Shown: positions 1 to 10,643 of the stretch, in pieces | Position numbering within the stretch: the stretch's first letter is position 1 | Layout of the letters: every line of letters starts with the position of its first letter | DNA from: Deinococcota bacterium | GTDB taxonomy: Bacteria; Deinococcota; Deinococci; Deinococcales; Thermaceae | Direction: 5' to 3' | NCBI GenBank assembly: GCA_041694855.1 | Contig: JBGFSB010000024.1 | Span: 1 to 64,000 of the forward strand | Length of the DNA: 64,000 nucleotides | Translations under genes and position numbers: made by a program | The notes under the pieces: generated by a model | The model's database searches: none | Told to the model about the DNA's origin: nothing | Seen by the model: the letters and a program-made list of their open reading frames with translations, nothing else

Positions 1-130
1 CCAACACGATCCTGGCCTTGGTCTTGCTATCCCATCGTCTACGTTTTGGCATTGCACTACCCCCGAAAATCAACCAAAAGCTCTCTTAGCTTATGGTCTC
101 ACTTTAGGGGCGCACTACACTACAAACAAC

Positions 131-165
131 CACCTAACATGCTGGGGGCTCTGGGATGTTAGGTG
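131..165. other. Perfect 10-bp inverted repeat (cacctaacat, 15-nt loop, atgttaggtg), followed by a partial third copy atgttaggtt
   Basis: Read directly from sequence; located in low-GC leader before small ORF; could be terminator of an upstream gene, a regulatory hairpin or an element terminus. Confidence 0.5.
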
Positions 166-236
166 AATGTTAGGTTGTAGCTGCAAGGATATAGATGACC
201 TTTTTTATAGAAGGGTCGGAAAGGGGGTGAGTATAA

Positions 237-311
237 ATGAAGAGGAAGAGTGTGCTTGCTGGGGTAACGATCACACTGCCAAATGGCACCGTAATCAAGA
301 TTAAGGAGTAG
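237..311 (+). CDS. 24-codon small ORF MKRKSVLAGVTITLPNGTVIKIKE (candidate leader/precursor peptide)
   Basis: ATG preceded by GGGGGTGAG Shine-Dalgarno at 6-7 nt spacing; low-GC; lies upstream of unknown protein + ABC exporter; below the 60-aa ORF-track threshold so found by eye. Confidence 0.35.
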   Translation: MKRKSVLAGVTITLPNGTVIKIKE

Positions 312-336
312 GACTTTATCAGCGTAAAGCGGCTAG

Positions 337-365
337 CCGGTGGGTAGGTGTACCCTATCCACCGG
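337..365. other. Hairpin ccggtgg (15-nt loop) ccaccgg between small ORF and downstream gene
   Basis: 7-bp inverted repeat seen in sequence; possible attenuator, no U-tract. Confidence 0.35.
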
Positions 366-406
366 GAGCAAGGTGAGAAACCGAAGCAACTAACCTGGTA
401 ACTTTT

Positions 407-1147
407 TTGGGAGGGGTAGTGGAAGGAATTATCGATTACGATCGGATGCACTTTGTGTTTCCTAAAAAAGAAATTGCCGAACACCTTTTCGTTATGTACG
501 AAAAGGAGAGTGTTGAAAGTGAAGCCAAAGCAATTATCGAACAAATACTTCATAAAACAGCCGAGTTCGTCAAGAGAGAACTTTTTCCATACCGACCACC
601 ACCCACAACAGTTGTAATTGTCAATGAGCACCCTAGAATTGGGATCAGCAAGAGAGAAGTGACCAGAGAGCCCATTTTGTGGATGTTAAACCAAAGCGCG
701 GAGGAAAACGCCTGGTTTTTGGGCCACGAGTGGTTCGAGACTTTCGTTTTGCACCAGTTTGGTGATGGAGCTCCGCGTTGGCTTGTTGAAACCATCGCTC
801 AAATGGGAGCGTATCGACTATGTAAGTTTGCGCTGGGTGCAGGAGCAGAGCGGGTGGGTTTAGAGAAGTACCTCTCGAATGGTACGCTTCCCTTTGAGGA
901 GTTGCTTGAGTGGAGACGCCCAGTCTTCTTGGGAGAGGCCAGTGAAGAAGAAACTTACGCCATGATTGAAAAATATATCGTAGAAGAACATCAGACCTCT
1001 CGAGAAGCAATGTTGTATGCTACTGCTCTGAGGTTTGGTTTAGAAAGAATTTGCCAAAATATCTCGTTAGGGAGTCTGTCCGAACAGCTGGCTGAAACTG
1101 CCAGCAGCGCTCTATTTGAGCGCATAAATCACTCTACAGGTGTATGA
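407..1147 (+). CDS. Hypothetical protein, 246 aa (ORF track start is TTG at 407; first ATG at 446); low-GC, no family recognised; contains HEWFETFVLH segment
   Basis: Long ORF in AT-rich (~45% GC) DNA; stop overlaps start of ABC gene (ATGA at 1144-1147); no recognisable domain from memory. Confidence 0.6.
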   Translation: MGGVVEGIIDYDRMHFVFPKKEIAEHLFVMYEKESVESEAKAIIEQILHKTAEFVKRELFPYRPPPTTVVIVNEHPRIGISKREVTREPILWMLNQSAEENAWFLGHEWFETFVLHQFGDGAPRWLVETIAQMGAYRLCKFALGAGAERVGLEKYLSNGTLPFEELLEWRRPVFLGEASEEETYAMIEKYIVEEHQTSREAMLYATALRFGLERICQNISLGSLSEQLAETASSALFERINHSTGV

Positions 1148-2898
1148 GTCTGCTCGAGGCCCTTCGTTACCTGTTTGGTCTGGCCCCTCGAGAAGGGCTG
1201 TTTACCCTGGTTTTTTTGCTCCTAGGCAGCGCCATACCCGCCCTGGCAGCCTGGGTGGCCAAACTGCTGATTGATGGGATTGTAGCCCAAAGGCCGCTGG
1301 TAGAAGTATTTACCTTGCTGAGCCTGGAGCTTGGGCTGCTCTTGCTGGCGGGGGTGTTGCAACAGGCTGGCACGTACTTTCAGGAGCGTCTGCGGAACCG
1401 GGTCTCGATGCGGTTGCGCCTCGAGCTCGCGGCCAAGCGGGCCAGCCAGGATATGGCCGATCTCGAAAGCCAGGAGGGCAGCCTGGCTTTTAGCCGGGTC
1501 TGGGCTGAGTCGCGGCTGCGCCCGGTGCTGATGGTGGTCTACGGGGTGCAGCTGCTGATCAATCTGGTGGCTGGGCTGGCCTTCGCGGTGGCCATCCTGC
1601 TGCTGCGGGCCGATCTACTGTTGGCAGTGGTGCTCACCTTACTGCCTGCCCTGTGGGTGGCTCGCAGGGGCAGCGCCCTGGTGTTTGGGGCCCTGGTCGA
1701 CAGCAGCCGGGAGGGCCACCTGATGGAACTCTTCGAGGAGTATCTGACCCGCCTCGAGCACGCCAAGGAGGTTCGCCTGTACCGGCTCCAGCCCTGGTTT
1801 CTAGGCGAGGCCCGTCGGCTAGCCCAGACACGCCTGGAGCGGCTGAACCAGGCTGCCCTGGGCCAGGTGGTCTCCCATGGGGCGGGGCAAACCTTGTTGC
1901 TGCTGGCCCAGTACGCCTCCCTGGGGTATGGTCTGTGGCTTACCCTGGGCGGGCAACTCAGCCTGGGAGGGTTTACCCTGCTGGTAGTGGGGCTGGCCCA
2001 GGTGCGGCAGAATTTCCAGGGCCTGCTGGGCAATTACACCGAGCTGCGGGAAAACCTACTGTTTTTGCAGGACTTTCTGAGTTACCAGGAGCGGCCTGCC
2101 CGTATCGAACTGCCCTCGCCAGAGGAGACCCTCCCTCTGCCGGTGGGGTCTAGCCTTCGGCTGGAGGGGGTCTGGTTCTCCTACCCCGGAACCGCTAGAC
2201 CTGTCCTGGCTGGCCTTGACCTCGAGCTCCCGCCCAACACCACCACCGCCCTGGTAGGCGAGAATGGCGCCGGTAAGACCACCCTGGTCAAACTGCTGCT
2301 ACGTCTTTACGACCCCGACCAGGGCAGGATCCAGCTGAGTGGCGTGGACATCCGTACCCTGCCCCTGGACAGCTACCGGAGAAACTTCACGGTAGTACCA
2401 CAGGATTTTCTGCGCCTGGGACTGAGCCTGGGGGAGCAGGTAGCCATGCACCAGGGCTACGATCCCCACCGCGTACAAGAGGCCCTGGCCCAGATGCGCC
2501 TCAGTGGTGTGCTTGAACGGCTGCCCGAAGGTCTGCGTACCCCGCTGTCGCGCGAGCTGGGTGGGGTGGATCTGTCGGGCGGGGAATGGCAGCGCACTGC
2601 TCTGGCCCGGGTGCTCTATCACAAGACCCCTATGGTGATCCTGGACGAACCCACCGCTGCCCTCGACCCCGAGGCTGAGGCGGAAATTTTGGACGAGTTT
2701 GGGCGCTTGCTTCCGGGCCGCCTGGCCCTGATCATCACCCACCGGCTGGCCTCGGTGCGCTTTGCCGACCGTATCGCGGTGCTCAAGGAGGGGCGTATTG
2801 TCGAACTGGGTACTCACGCCGAGCTGATGGCCGAGCGGGGGATTTATGCCCGGATGTACCGCAGGCAGCTCGAGCAGTACCGCTGGGAGGGAGCATAG
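1144..2898 (+). CDS. ABC transporter, fused permease/ATP-binding exporter (6-TM N-domain + NBD)
   Basis: Walker A GENGAGKTT, signature LSGGEWQRTALARV, Walker B ILDEPTAALD; hydrophobic N-terminal half; GC jumps to ~60% exactly at its start. Confidence 0.9.
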   Translation: MSLLEALRYLFGLAPREGLFTLVFLLLGSAIPALAAWVAKLLIDGIVAQRPLVEVFTLLSLELGLLLLAGVLQQAGTYFQERLRNRVSMRLRLELAAKRASQDMADLESQEGSLAFSRVWAESRLRPVLMVVYGVQLLINLVAGLAFAVAILLLRADLLLAVVLTLLPALWVARRGSALVFGALVDSSREGHLMELFEEYLTRLEHAKEVRLYRLQPWFLGEARRLAQTRLERLNQAALGQVVSHGAGQTLLLLAQYASLGYGLWLTLGGQLSLGGFTLLVVGLAQVRQNFQGLLGNYTELRENLLFLQDFLSYQERPARIELPSPEETLPLPVGSSLRLEGVWFSYPGTARPVLAGLDLELPPNTTTALVGENGAGKTTLVKLLLRLYDPDQGRIQLSGVDIRTLPLDSYRRNFTVVPQDFLRLGLSLGEQVAMHQGYDPHRVQEALAQMRLSGVLERLPEGLRTPLSRELGGVDLSGGEWQRTALARVLYHKTPMVILDEPTAALDPEAEAEILDEFGRLLPGRLALIITHRLASVRFADRIAVLKEGRIVELGTHAELMAERGIYARMYRRQLEQYRWEGA

Positions 2899-3049
2899 CT
2901 GAATTACATGCGCTAAACCCGAGTGCGTGTGAGGCCACTAGCGTTTGTAGGTCGCGCAGGAGCGGTTCTTCCTGGAGGCGGTGGCATGAGGCTGGTCCAC
3001 GCGCAAAAGCTCTGGCTCTTCGTGCTGCACAACCTCTCTGTTCTGGCGT

Positions 3050-3586
3050 GTGGTAGAGATCATCATGGTTCCAGTATCAATGGAGGTCGCCAACATCGGG
3101 GCATCAGGCCTCGGGCTCCTGTACACCAGCCTCGCTCTTGGTGGAGTTGCTGGGCTAGCGATCCTCGGTGCGCTGAAAAGGGGGATACCTAGCCTCAAGC
3201 TGGTGGTTCTGCTCAACGCCCTCCTGGCAGCCCCCATGCTGCTAGGTGCTACCTTTCCAATATTCCCGGTTCTTATGGCTGTTTTCTTCGTGAGCGGCAT
3301 CCTTTTCGATGTATCTAGCGTTGCCACACAGTCAATGCTCCAAGCAGTGGTGCCCCAGAATTTTCTCGGACGGGTCTTTAGCCTGGTCAACGTAAGTCTA
3401 GCCTTAGGCGTCTTGCCGGTGCTCCATTTCCTGGATCCGGTGGTCGGCTGGCTCGGTTCTGCCGGAACCTTACAAATAACCTCACTAACCGTGTGTGTTC
3501 TGGGTGCTCTGCTTTATCTCACTGCGCTAACCAGACCTGGCCGGGTCGAGGCTAGAAAAGAAAGTGGGGAGGAATCACCGGTATGA
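3050..3586 (+). pseudogene. MFS transporter C-terminal half (EntS/MFS_3-like), N-terminal half missing
   Basis: 178-aa ORF with GTG start matching TM7-12 of 12-TM MFS (MLQAVVPQNFLGRVFSL); in-frame stop at 2987-2989 leaves no room for TM1-6; a further orphan TM-helix coding remnant at 3650-3727. Confidence 0.5.
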
Positions 3587-3954
3587 CCGAGAAGCAAGAA
3601 CGCGTGTATCTGAGACCTGTGGATCTAAGACTCGGTCTCGTTTCTGAGTGTGGTCGCAGCCCTCCTGCTGTTTAACCTGATCATGCTTTTTGTGGCCTAC
3701 CGGGCGGCCCGGCGGCACCTGGCCTGAGGGCCCGGTCGGTGGCCCAGGCCTGGGAATCGTAGTAGTTTAGCTGACGCCAGGCCACTTTAAAGCAGCATGG
3801 GTATTGGCACTGCCTCGAGGGTTTCTCCGGGGGACTTCAGTCCTGGAAAGACTGCCCTGGCTGGCTGCATAATGGGGTGCAGTTTGAGTCCCGGTGGCTT
3901 TGGCTAAAGCCAAGGGCAGAACCATCCCTAAACCTTTTTGGAAGGATTGAAGCT

Positions 3955-4530
3955 ATGAAATCTCCAAAGGCTGACAGCACCCAGCCACCGCAAACCAAGC
4001 CTTCCAAAAGGCTGCTCACGGTCGGCATTCCTGCACTGGTGGTAGCCGGGATGGCCCTGTTGCTGCTTTGGAATCCCTACTCAAACCCTGCAGCCACGGT
4101 GGGACAGCGCGTGCCGGATTTTTCGCTCACCGATCTCGAGGGCCGCCCGTTGGAGATAAGTGCGCTACGTGAAAAACCTACCCTGTTTTACTTTTCTGCG
4201 GCATGGTGTGTCCCGTGCCGTGCCGAGACCCGGGAGCTTGCCCGGCTATACGGGCAGTACCGTCACCAGTTTCAGGTGGTCTGGATCAGCATTGACCCCT
4301 TTGTCGACTCCAAGCAAAACTTGCTTTCACACCGGAGTCAATACGGCCATACCGACTTCCGCTATGCGCTCGACTCCCGGACAGACCCTCTGGTGCTACG
4401 CTACCGGGTGCAGGCTCGAGGCAGCATGGTGCTAGTCAATCCTCAGGGAGAGATTATCTTCCGGGGTATTCGCGCGGTTAGCGATCCTCGGTTCCTCGAG
4501 GTGCTGCACCAGGCGGTTGGCAGGAGCTGA
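3955..4530 (+). CDS. TlpA/ResA-like thiol-disulfide oxidoreductase (redoxin), membrane anchored
   Basis: WCVPC CxxC motif, N-terminal signal anchor, GGAAGGA SD before ATG 3955 (longer ORF from 3877 less likely). Confidence 0.85.
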   Translation: MKSPKADSTQPPQTKPSKRLLTVGIPALVVAGMALLLLWNPYSNPAATVGQRVPDFSLTDLEGRPLEISALREKPTLFYFSAAWCVPCRAETRELARLYGQYRHQFQVVWISIDPFVDSKQNLLSHRSQYGHTDFRYALDSRTDPLVLRYRVQARGSMVLVNPQGEIIFRGIRAVSDPRFLEVLHQAVGRS

Positions 4531-5230
4531 TATGGATCCAGCCCTCTTTGCATATGCCTTTGGGGTGGGTGTCCTGGCCTTTTTTACCCCTTGCAGTTAT
4601 GCCATGCTATCTGCCTATGTGGCTCACTATTTTTCTCAGGCCCGAAGGCAGGAGTCCGCCTGGCAGGAGAGTGGAATAGAGGGCATCAAGCTCGGGCTGG
4701 CCATGAGCGCTGGCTTCTTCACCGTCTTCGCAGGACTGGGCTTGATTATCATGCTGGCCGGAAGGGTACTCTCGGCCTATCTGAGCATCTTTGCCCCACA
4801 GATCGAGACCGGGATTGCTCTTCTTCTGATGGGTCTAGGTCTAACTATGCTGATCAAGAAAGGGTTCACCCCTGGCTTGCCGGTAGACCGGATTACCGCC
4901 AGACTTCGCGGCGGAAAGCGGCCCTCCGAGCGCAGTCTGCACCACTACTACCTTTACGGCATTAGTTATGCGGTCGGTTCGCTGGGTTGTGGGCTGCCGC
5001 TTTTTTTGTCTGTCACCCTGACCGCCTTTACCACTTACTGGTTGAGCGGGCTGGCAAACTTCTTTGCTTATGCGGGGGGCATGACCCTGATGATGCTCAC
5101 CTTCTCGCTCTCGCTGGTCTTCGCCAACGAACTGATTCGGCGGTACTTTCAGAAGGCAGTGCGTTATTTACAGCCGGTCAGCGGACTGGCACTGGTGGTG
5201 CTTGGAGGATACCTCTTTTTCAGGGCCTGA
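4517..5230 (+). CDS. ccdA: Cytochrome c-type biogenesis protein CcdA (DsbD transmembrane domain family)
   Basis: Polytopic membrane protein with conserved Cys in TM1 (FFTPCSYAM) and a further Cys (SLGCGLP); overlaps or abuts tlpA-like gene (alt ATG 4532). Confidence 0.8.
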   Translation: MAGADMDPALFAYAFGVGVLAFFTPCSYAMLSAYVAHYFSQARRQESAWQESGIEGIKLGLAMSAGFFTVFAGLGLIIMLAGRVLSAYLSIFAPQIETGIALLLMGLGLTMLIKKGFTPGLPVDRITARLRGGKRPSERSLHHYYLYGISYAVGSLGCGLPLFLSVTLTAFTTYWLSGLANFFAYAGGMTLMMLTFSLSLVFANELIRRYFQKAVRYLQPVSGLALVVLGGYLFFRA

Positions 5231-5332
5231 TCGGAAGAAGTCGTGGTGGGTGCTTTAGGAGGCTCTTGTGAAGGCCGGGTTACTACCGCCCACACACGCC
5301 CGACCCTCGAGCCTGGGAGGTTGTCGTAGAGG

Positions 5333-5400
5333 GCGCATCCATTCACGGAACCCCGCAATCCCTGATGCGATCAGTTTGAAATCCGCCCTGGGGGGTTCGA
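5333..5400. repeat. Conserved intergenic element copy A (ATTCACGGAACC ... GATGCGATC ... AAATCCGCC)
   Basis: Shares a 13-mer and downstream blocks with 35182-35257; lies between convergent ccdA and plsY. Confidence 0.4.
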
Positions 5401-6012
5401 CTAGGTCTTGTTCTGCGACCCAGGTTTTAATCTCCCACCGGCTTTGGTACCCACCGTCCCCGGCTCGCGGTTCCAGTCTGGCAGGTGCCTGAGAAGGATC
5501 GGAAGCCCCATGCCAAAGCCAAACCACAGATAAATCAGACTGCCGCCGGTCGCACTGGCCGCAATCGGGAAGGCCAGGGTTGCCAACAAAACGCTGCGGT
5601 ACTGGTTGCGGGTGAGCAGGTAGGCCAGGGTGAAAAATCCGGCCGCGATGGCCAGCAGCAAGGGATTGATGGCAAACAGCGAACCAATTGCAGGAGCAAG
5701 GCCCTTTCCGCCACGGCCCAGCAGCCAGACTGAGTAGCAGTGCCCCAACACCGCGGTTGCGCCTGCCAGCAGCCCGCCACTGGGGTCTTTCGCCAGGAAT
5801 TCGCCCAGCGCGACCGCCATGATTCCCTTGCCCACGTCCAGCGCCATCACCATCAGGCCCGGAACCGGCCCCAGTACCCGCCAGGCATTGGTTCCGCCGG
5901 CATTGCCCGAGCCTTCTACCAGCAGGTTTTTGTTTTGCAGCGCCCCAAACCAGAATCCAAAAGGCAGGGAGCCGAACAGGTATCCAGCCAGGGCTGCATA
6001 TATCCACTCCAT
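5401..6012 (-). CDS. plsY: Glycerol-3-phosphate acyltransferase PlsY
   Basis: GSGNAGGTNAWRVLG motif and membrane topology typical of PlsY. Confidence 0.9.
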   Translation of the reverse strand: MEWIYAALAGYLFGSLPFGFWFGALQNKNLLVEGSGNAGGTNAWRVLGPVPGLMVMALDVGKGIMAVALGEFLAKDPSGGLLAGATAVLGHCYSVWLLGRGGKGLAPAIGSLFAINPLLLAIAAGFFTLAYLLTRNQYRSVLLATLAFPIAASATGGSLIYLWFGFGMGLPILLRHLPDWNREPGTVGTKAGGRLKPGSQNKT

Positions 6013-6319
6013 AGATTCAGGCTACCAGATTGCTGCTCGAGCACAGCACCGCCACCAGCGGAAGCGATCTGCGGGTATACGCTACGGGCCGGCGTACCGC
6101 CAGCGGATGCCAAGCATGATAATGCGCCTCACGGCCTCCAAGCAATGCAAATGAGATTCCAACAAATGAATCCTGGGCAAGATAAAGCAGCTTGACCTGT
6201 CTGACCGTGCTTTGTATGCTTATACGGTGTGCTTTGACCGGGCGGAGGTTGGGCTGGATGCAGCCTGGCTGTACTGTATGGCTTTGTCTGGGTTTACTCT
6301 TAGCCTCAGAGGTGAATGA

Positions 6320-7513
<1,194 letters not shown>

Positions 7514-7524
7514 GGAACAGGGAG

Positions 7525-8451
7525 ATGCAGACGTGTTTGCAGGCGATTGTCGAACAGGCCGTGGCGAAGCTAGCGACGGTGGGGGAGGCAGCCGCGTCGC
7601 GCAAGCCTGCACCGGAGAAATGGTCGGCCAGGGAAATCCTGGGGCACCTGATTGACTCGGCTTCGGTCAACTGGGAGCGCATCCTGCGGGTCTCGTTGCA
7701 CGATGGCCTGATTTTGCACGCCTACCCCCAGGACGACTGGGTGCGGCTGCAAGCCTACCAGGAGCGGCCCTGGGCCGAATTGCTGATTCTTTGGCAGGCC
7801 CTAAACCGACATATCGCCCACCTGGTAGAACGACTGCCCGAGGCGTCGCTGGCCCATACCTTCAGGGTTCCCCATGCCCACGGCGCGACCCTGCGATTTT
7901 TGATCGAAGATTACATCGCCCACCTCGAGCACCACCTTCGGCAAATCGAGGCGCGGGTTGCCCAGGTGCAGATTCGCCCGGCCACCGCTGCGGATGCCGA
8001 GACCATGGCCCAGATGGTGCGTTCGGCCTGGGCTGGAAAGGTCGCACCGGACTCCTCGGGCCACCAGGAAAGCCCCGAAAAGGTACGGGCCGACCTCGAG
8101 CGCGGCTATGGCTGGGTGGCCGTAGAGGCTGGACAAGTGGTGGGCACGGTGCGGCTGGTGCGCCATCCAGGCCTACCGGAACACCGTATCTGGGAGGTTA
8201 AAAAGCTGGGGGTGCTTCCCGAGTACCGCAAGCAGGGCGTAGCGCACCGACTCATGGACGCAGTGGCCCGGCAGGCCCTCGAGGTGCGAGCCAGAGAACT
8301 CCGGCTGGCAGTGCGCCACGACCAGCCCAAACTGCTCAAGTGGTACTCCCAGTTTGGTTTTGCCTACGACCCCAGTCTGCAGTACAGCTCCGCCAACCCC
8401 AACACCCCACCGCCCTTTGTGATGTCGAAGAAGCTAGAGGTGCTCTCGTGA
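7525..8451 (+). CDS. DinB_2 (DinB/YfiT-like metal-dependent) domain fused to C-terminal GNAT N-acetyltransferase
   Basis: N-terminal His triad pattern (ILGHLID, IAHLVE, IAHLEHH) typical of DinB_2; C-terminal GNAT core (VGTVRLV ... [20 protein letters not shown]). Confidence 0.75.
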   Translation: MQTCLQAIVEQAVAKLATVGEAAASRKPAPEKWSAREILGHLIDSASVNWERILRVSLHDGLILHAYPQDDWVRLQAYQERPWAELLILWQALNRHIAHLVERLPEASLAHTFRVPHAHGATLRFLIEDYIAHLEHHLRQIEARVAQVQIRPATAADAETMAQMVRSAWAGKVAPDSSGHQESPEKVRADLERGYGWVAVEAGQVVGTVRLVRHPGLPEHRIWEVKKLGVLPEYRKQGVAHRLMDAVARQALEVRARELRLAVRHDQPKLLKWYSQFGFAYDPSLQYSSANPNTPPPFVMSKKLEVLS

Positions 8452-8512
8452 AATACAGGTGTTTGGCCATCTTTGCCTGCAGGAGGGAGAGGGGGGATTT
8501 GTGAGCCTGGAC

Positions 8513-9895
8513 ATGACCCAAAAAACCTGGGGAGGCCGCTTCAGCGAGGCCCCCAGCCAGATTGCGCAGGAGTTCAATGCCTCCTGGAGGTTCGACCAGC
8601 GGTTGGCGCTGGTGGACATCGAGGCTTCACTGGCCCATGCCGCCATGCTGGCCCAGCAGGGCATCCTCTCTGCCGATGAAGAGGCCCAGATTCGCAAAGG
8701 GTTGCTAGCGGTGCAGCAGGAAATTCTGGATGGCAGCTTTTTGTGGCGCGAAGAGCTGGAAGACGTGCACATGAACCTCGAGGCCCGACTCACCGAGATG
8801 GTGGGCCCGGTGGGTGGCAAACTGCATACCGCCCGCAGCCGCAACGACCAGGTCTGCACCGACCTGCGCCTGTGGATTCGCCGCGAGCTGACCGCGACCC
8901 TGGGCGAACTGAAGACTTTGCGTAAGGTGCTGGTGGAGGAGGCCGAGAAGTACACTGACCCACCCCTGGTTCTCCCCGGCTATACCCATATGCAACGGGC
9001 CATGCCGGTGCTGCTATCGCACTGGTTCCTGGCCTATTACGAGATGATTTCCCGCGACGCAAGCCGGATCGAAGACGCGCTAAACCGCCTGAACGAATCG
9101 CCCCTGGGTGCGGCTGCCCTGGCAGGTACGGGTTTCCCGATTGACCGCCACGCCACCGCCCAGACCCTCGGGTTCACCCGCCCCATGCGTAACTCGATGG
9201 ATGCAGTGGGTTCGCGCGATTTCGTGTTGGAAGTTTTGTCCGCACTGACCATCGGGCAGATTACGCTTTCGCGGGTGGCCGAGGAGATTATCCTCTATAC
9301 CACCCTCGAGTACGGTTTTGCTGCCCTGCCCGATGCCTTCTCTACCGGCTCTTCAATCATGCCGCAGAAAAAGAATGCCGACCACGCCGAGTTGATTCGC
9401 GGCAAGGCCGGGCGGGTGCTGGGCAGCTTCGTAACCATCGCGACCCTTACCAAGGGACTGCCCCTCACCTACAACAAAGACCTGCAAGAAGACAAAGAGC
9501 CCCTCTTCGACGCCTGTGATACCTACCGGGCTTCGGTCAAGTTGCTGGCGGCGATGCTGCCGAGCTTGCGCTGGAACCCCGAGGCAATGTTCAAAGCCGC
9601 CGAGTCAGGCTTTTCGCTGGCCACCGAGCTGGCCGATTATCTGGCCGAGCGCGGCCTGCCCTTCCGCGAAGCCCATCATGTGGTGGGGCGCATCGTGAAG
9701 TATTGCCTGGACAACGATAAAGAGTTGCGCAACCTGGACTTGAGCGAACTCGAGGGTTTCCACCCCCTGTTTGGCCAGGATGCCTTGCAGCTCACGCGGT
9801 TGGAAACCGCCATTCACCGACGACGAAGCTATGGCGGAACCGCACCGGAAGCCGTGAGAGAAGCCGTTAAGGTAGCCAAATCGGAAGTTGATTGA
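8513..9895 (+). CDS. argH: Argininosuccinate lyase
   Basis: [13 protein letters not shown]-terminus and fumarate-lyase signature region ([10 protein letters not shown]); ORF track start 8459 probably too early. Confidence 0.93.
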   Translation: MTQKTWGGRFSEAPSQIAQEFNASWRFDQRLALVDIEASLAHAAMLAQQGILSADEEAQIRKGLLAVQQEILDGSFLWREELEDVHMNLEARLTEMVGPVGGKLHTARSRNDQVCTDLRLWIRRELTATLGELKTLRKVLVEEAEKYTDPPLVLPGYTHMQRAMPVLLSHWFLAYYEMISRDASRIEDALNRLNESPLGAAALAGTGFPIDRHATAQTLGFTRPMRNSMDAVGSRDFVLEVLSALTIGQITLSRVAEEIILYTTLEYGFAALPDAFSTGSSIMPQKKNADHAELIRGKAGRVLGSFVTIATLTKGLPLTYNKDLQEDKEPLFDACDTYRASVKLLAAMLPSLRWNPEAMFKAAESGFSLATELADYLAERGLPFREAHHVVGRIVKYCLDNDKELRNLDLSELEGFHPLFGQDALQLTRLETAIHRRRSYGGTAPEAVREAVKVAKSEVD

Positions 9896-9910
9896 GGTCG
9901 AAGGTCTAAT

Positions 9911-9947
9911 GTCGAAGGTCAAAACACAAAACCATGGTCATTCCGAG
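9911..9947. repeat. Intergenic repeat copy (tcgaaggtc x2 + GTCATTCCGAG) between argH and acetyltransferase gene
   Basis: Member of the GTCATTCTGAG/CGAAGG dispersed motif family (one mismatch). Confidence 0.35.
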
Positions 9948-10069
9948 GTCACCGGTCGGTGGCTAACCGTCCGGCAAATCATCCAAACCCGAGGAGTCTC
10001 GTACTGCGTACACTCGCCCATACATCGTAGTCAGAACCGCAATCAGCTGGAGCTAAATAGAGGTGTCCA

Positions 10070-10627
10070 ATGAGCAGCGTGATCGAACTGGGAACCACCA
10101 TCCTGCCGCAGGTGCGCTGGGATGCCAGCGTGGAGCTTCGCAAGGCCCGGATGAGGGATGTGGAGCCGATCTACACCCTGATCAAGTACTGGGCTGAGCG
10201 CGGTCTGATGCTGGTGCGCAGCCATAACCACCTCTACGAAAACCTGCGCGATTTTTTCGTGCTGGAGGATGAGGACGGGCATATTGTGGGCTGCGGGGCC
10301 TTGCACATCCTCTGGCACGACATCGCGGAGGTGCGGGGTCTGGCGGTGCACCCCGAGCGGCAGGGCCAGGGCTTCGGGCGCTGGATAGCGCTGGCTGCCG
10401 AGCGTGAAGCCAGGGATCTGGGCATTCCGCAGATTTTTGCCTGGACGCTTCAGGTCAGGTTCTTTACCAGCCTGGGCTACCAGGTCACCACCCGCGAAGC
10501 CCTGCCCCCCAAGGTGTTTGCGGAGTGCAGCGCATGTCCCTTCTACGATAACTGCCGCGAGATTGGCGTGACCAAGATCCTCAGTCCTGAGGATGCCTAC
10601 CCCAAAGTTGCCGCCCGACTACAATGA
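10070..10627 (+). CDS. GNAT acetyltransferase, short-form N-acetylglutamate synthase-like (S-NAGS/ArgA-like)
   Basis: Single GNAT domain of ~185 aa directly downstream of argH, the usual context of short NAGS; GAGGTG SD. Confidence 0.7.
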   Translation: MSSVIELGTTILPQVRWDASVELRKARMRDVEPIYTLIKYWAERGLMLVRSHNHLYENLRDFFVLEDEDGHIVGCGALHILWHDIAEVRGLAVHPERQGQGFGRWIALAAEREARDLGIPQIFAWTLQVRFFTSLGYQVTTREALPPKVFAECSACPFYDNCREIGVTKILSPEDAYPKVAARLQ

Positions 10628-10643
10628 ACTCGAGGGTCTTGCC

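Noticed and set aside
170-631. 153-aa minus-strand ORF in the AT-rich leader
   Set aside because: Cys/Phe/Asn-rich low-complexity translation, antisense to the small ORF and to the 246-aa gene start; no SD; judged spurious.
3583-3675. 30-codon ORF MTEKQERVYLRPVDLRLGLVSECGRSPPAV overlapping the MFS fragment stop
   Set aside because: No SD, lies in decayed region; probably frame debris.
6013-6319. ARG box (ArgR operator) upstream of argG
   Set aside because: Region has tgaatgaatga near the SD and caaatgaatcc, but no convincing 18-bp TNTGAATWWWWATTCANW palindrome pair; left uncalled.
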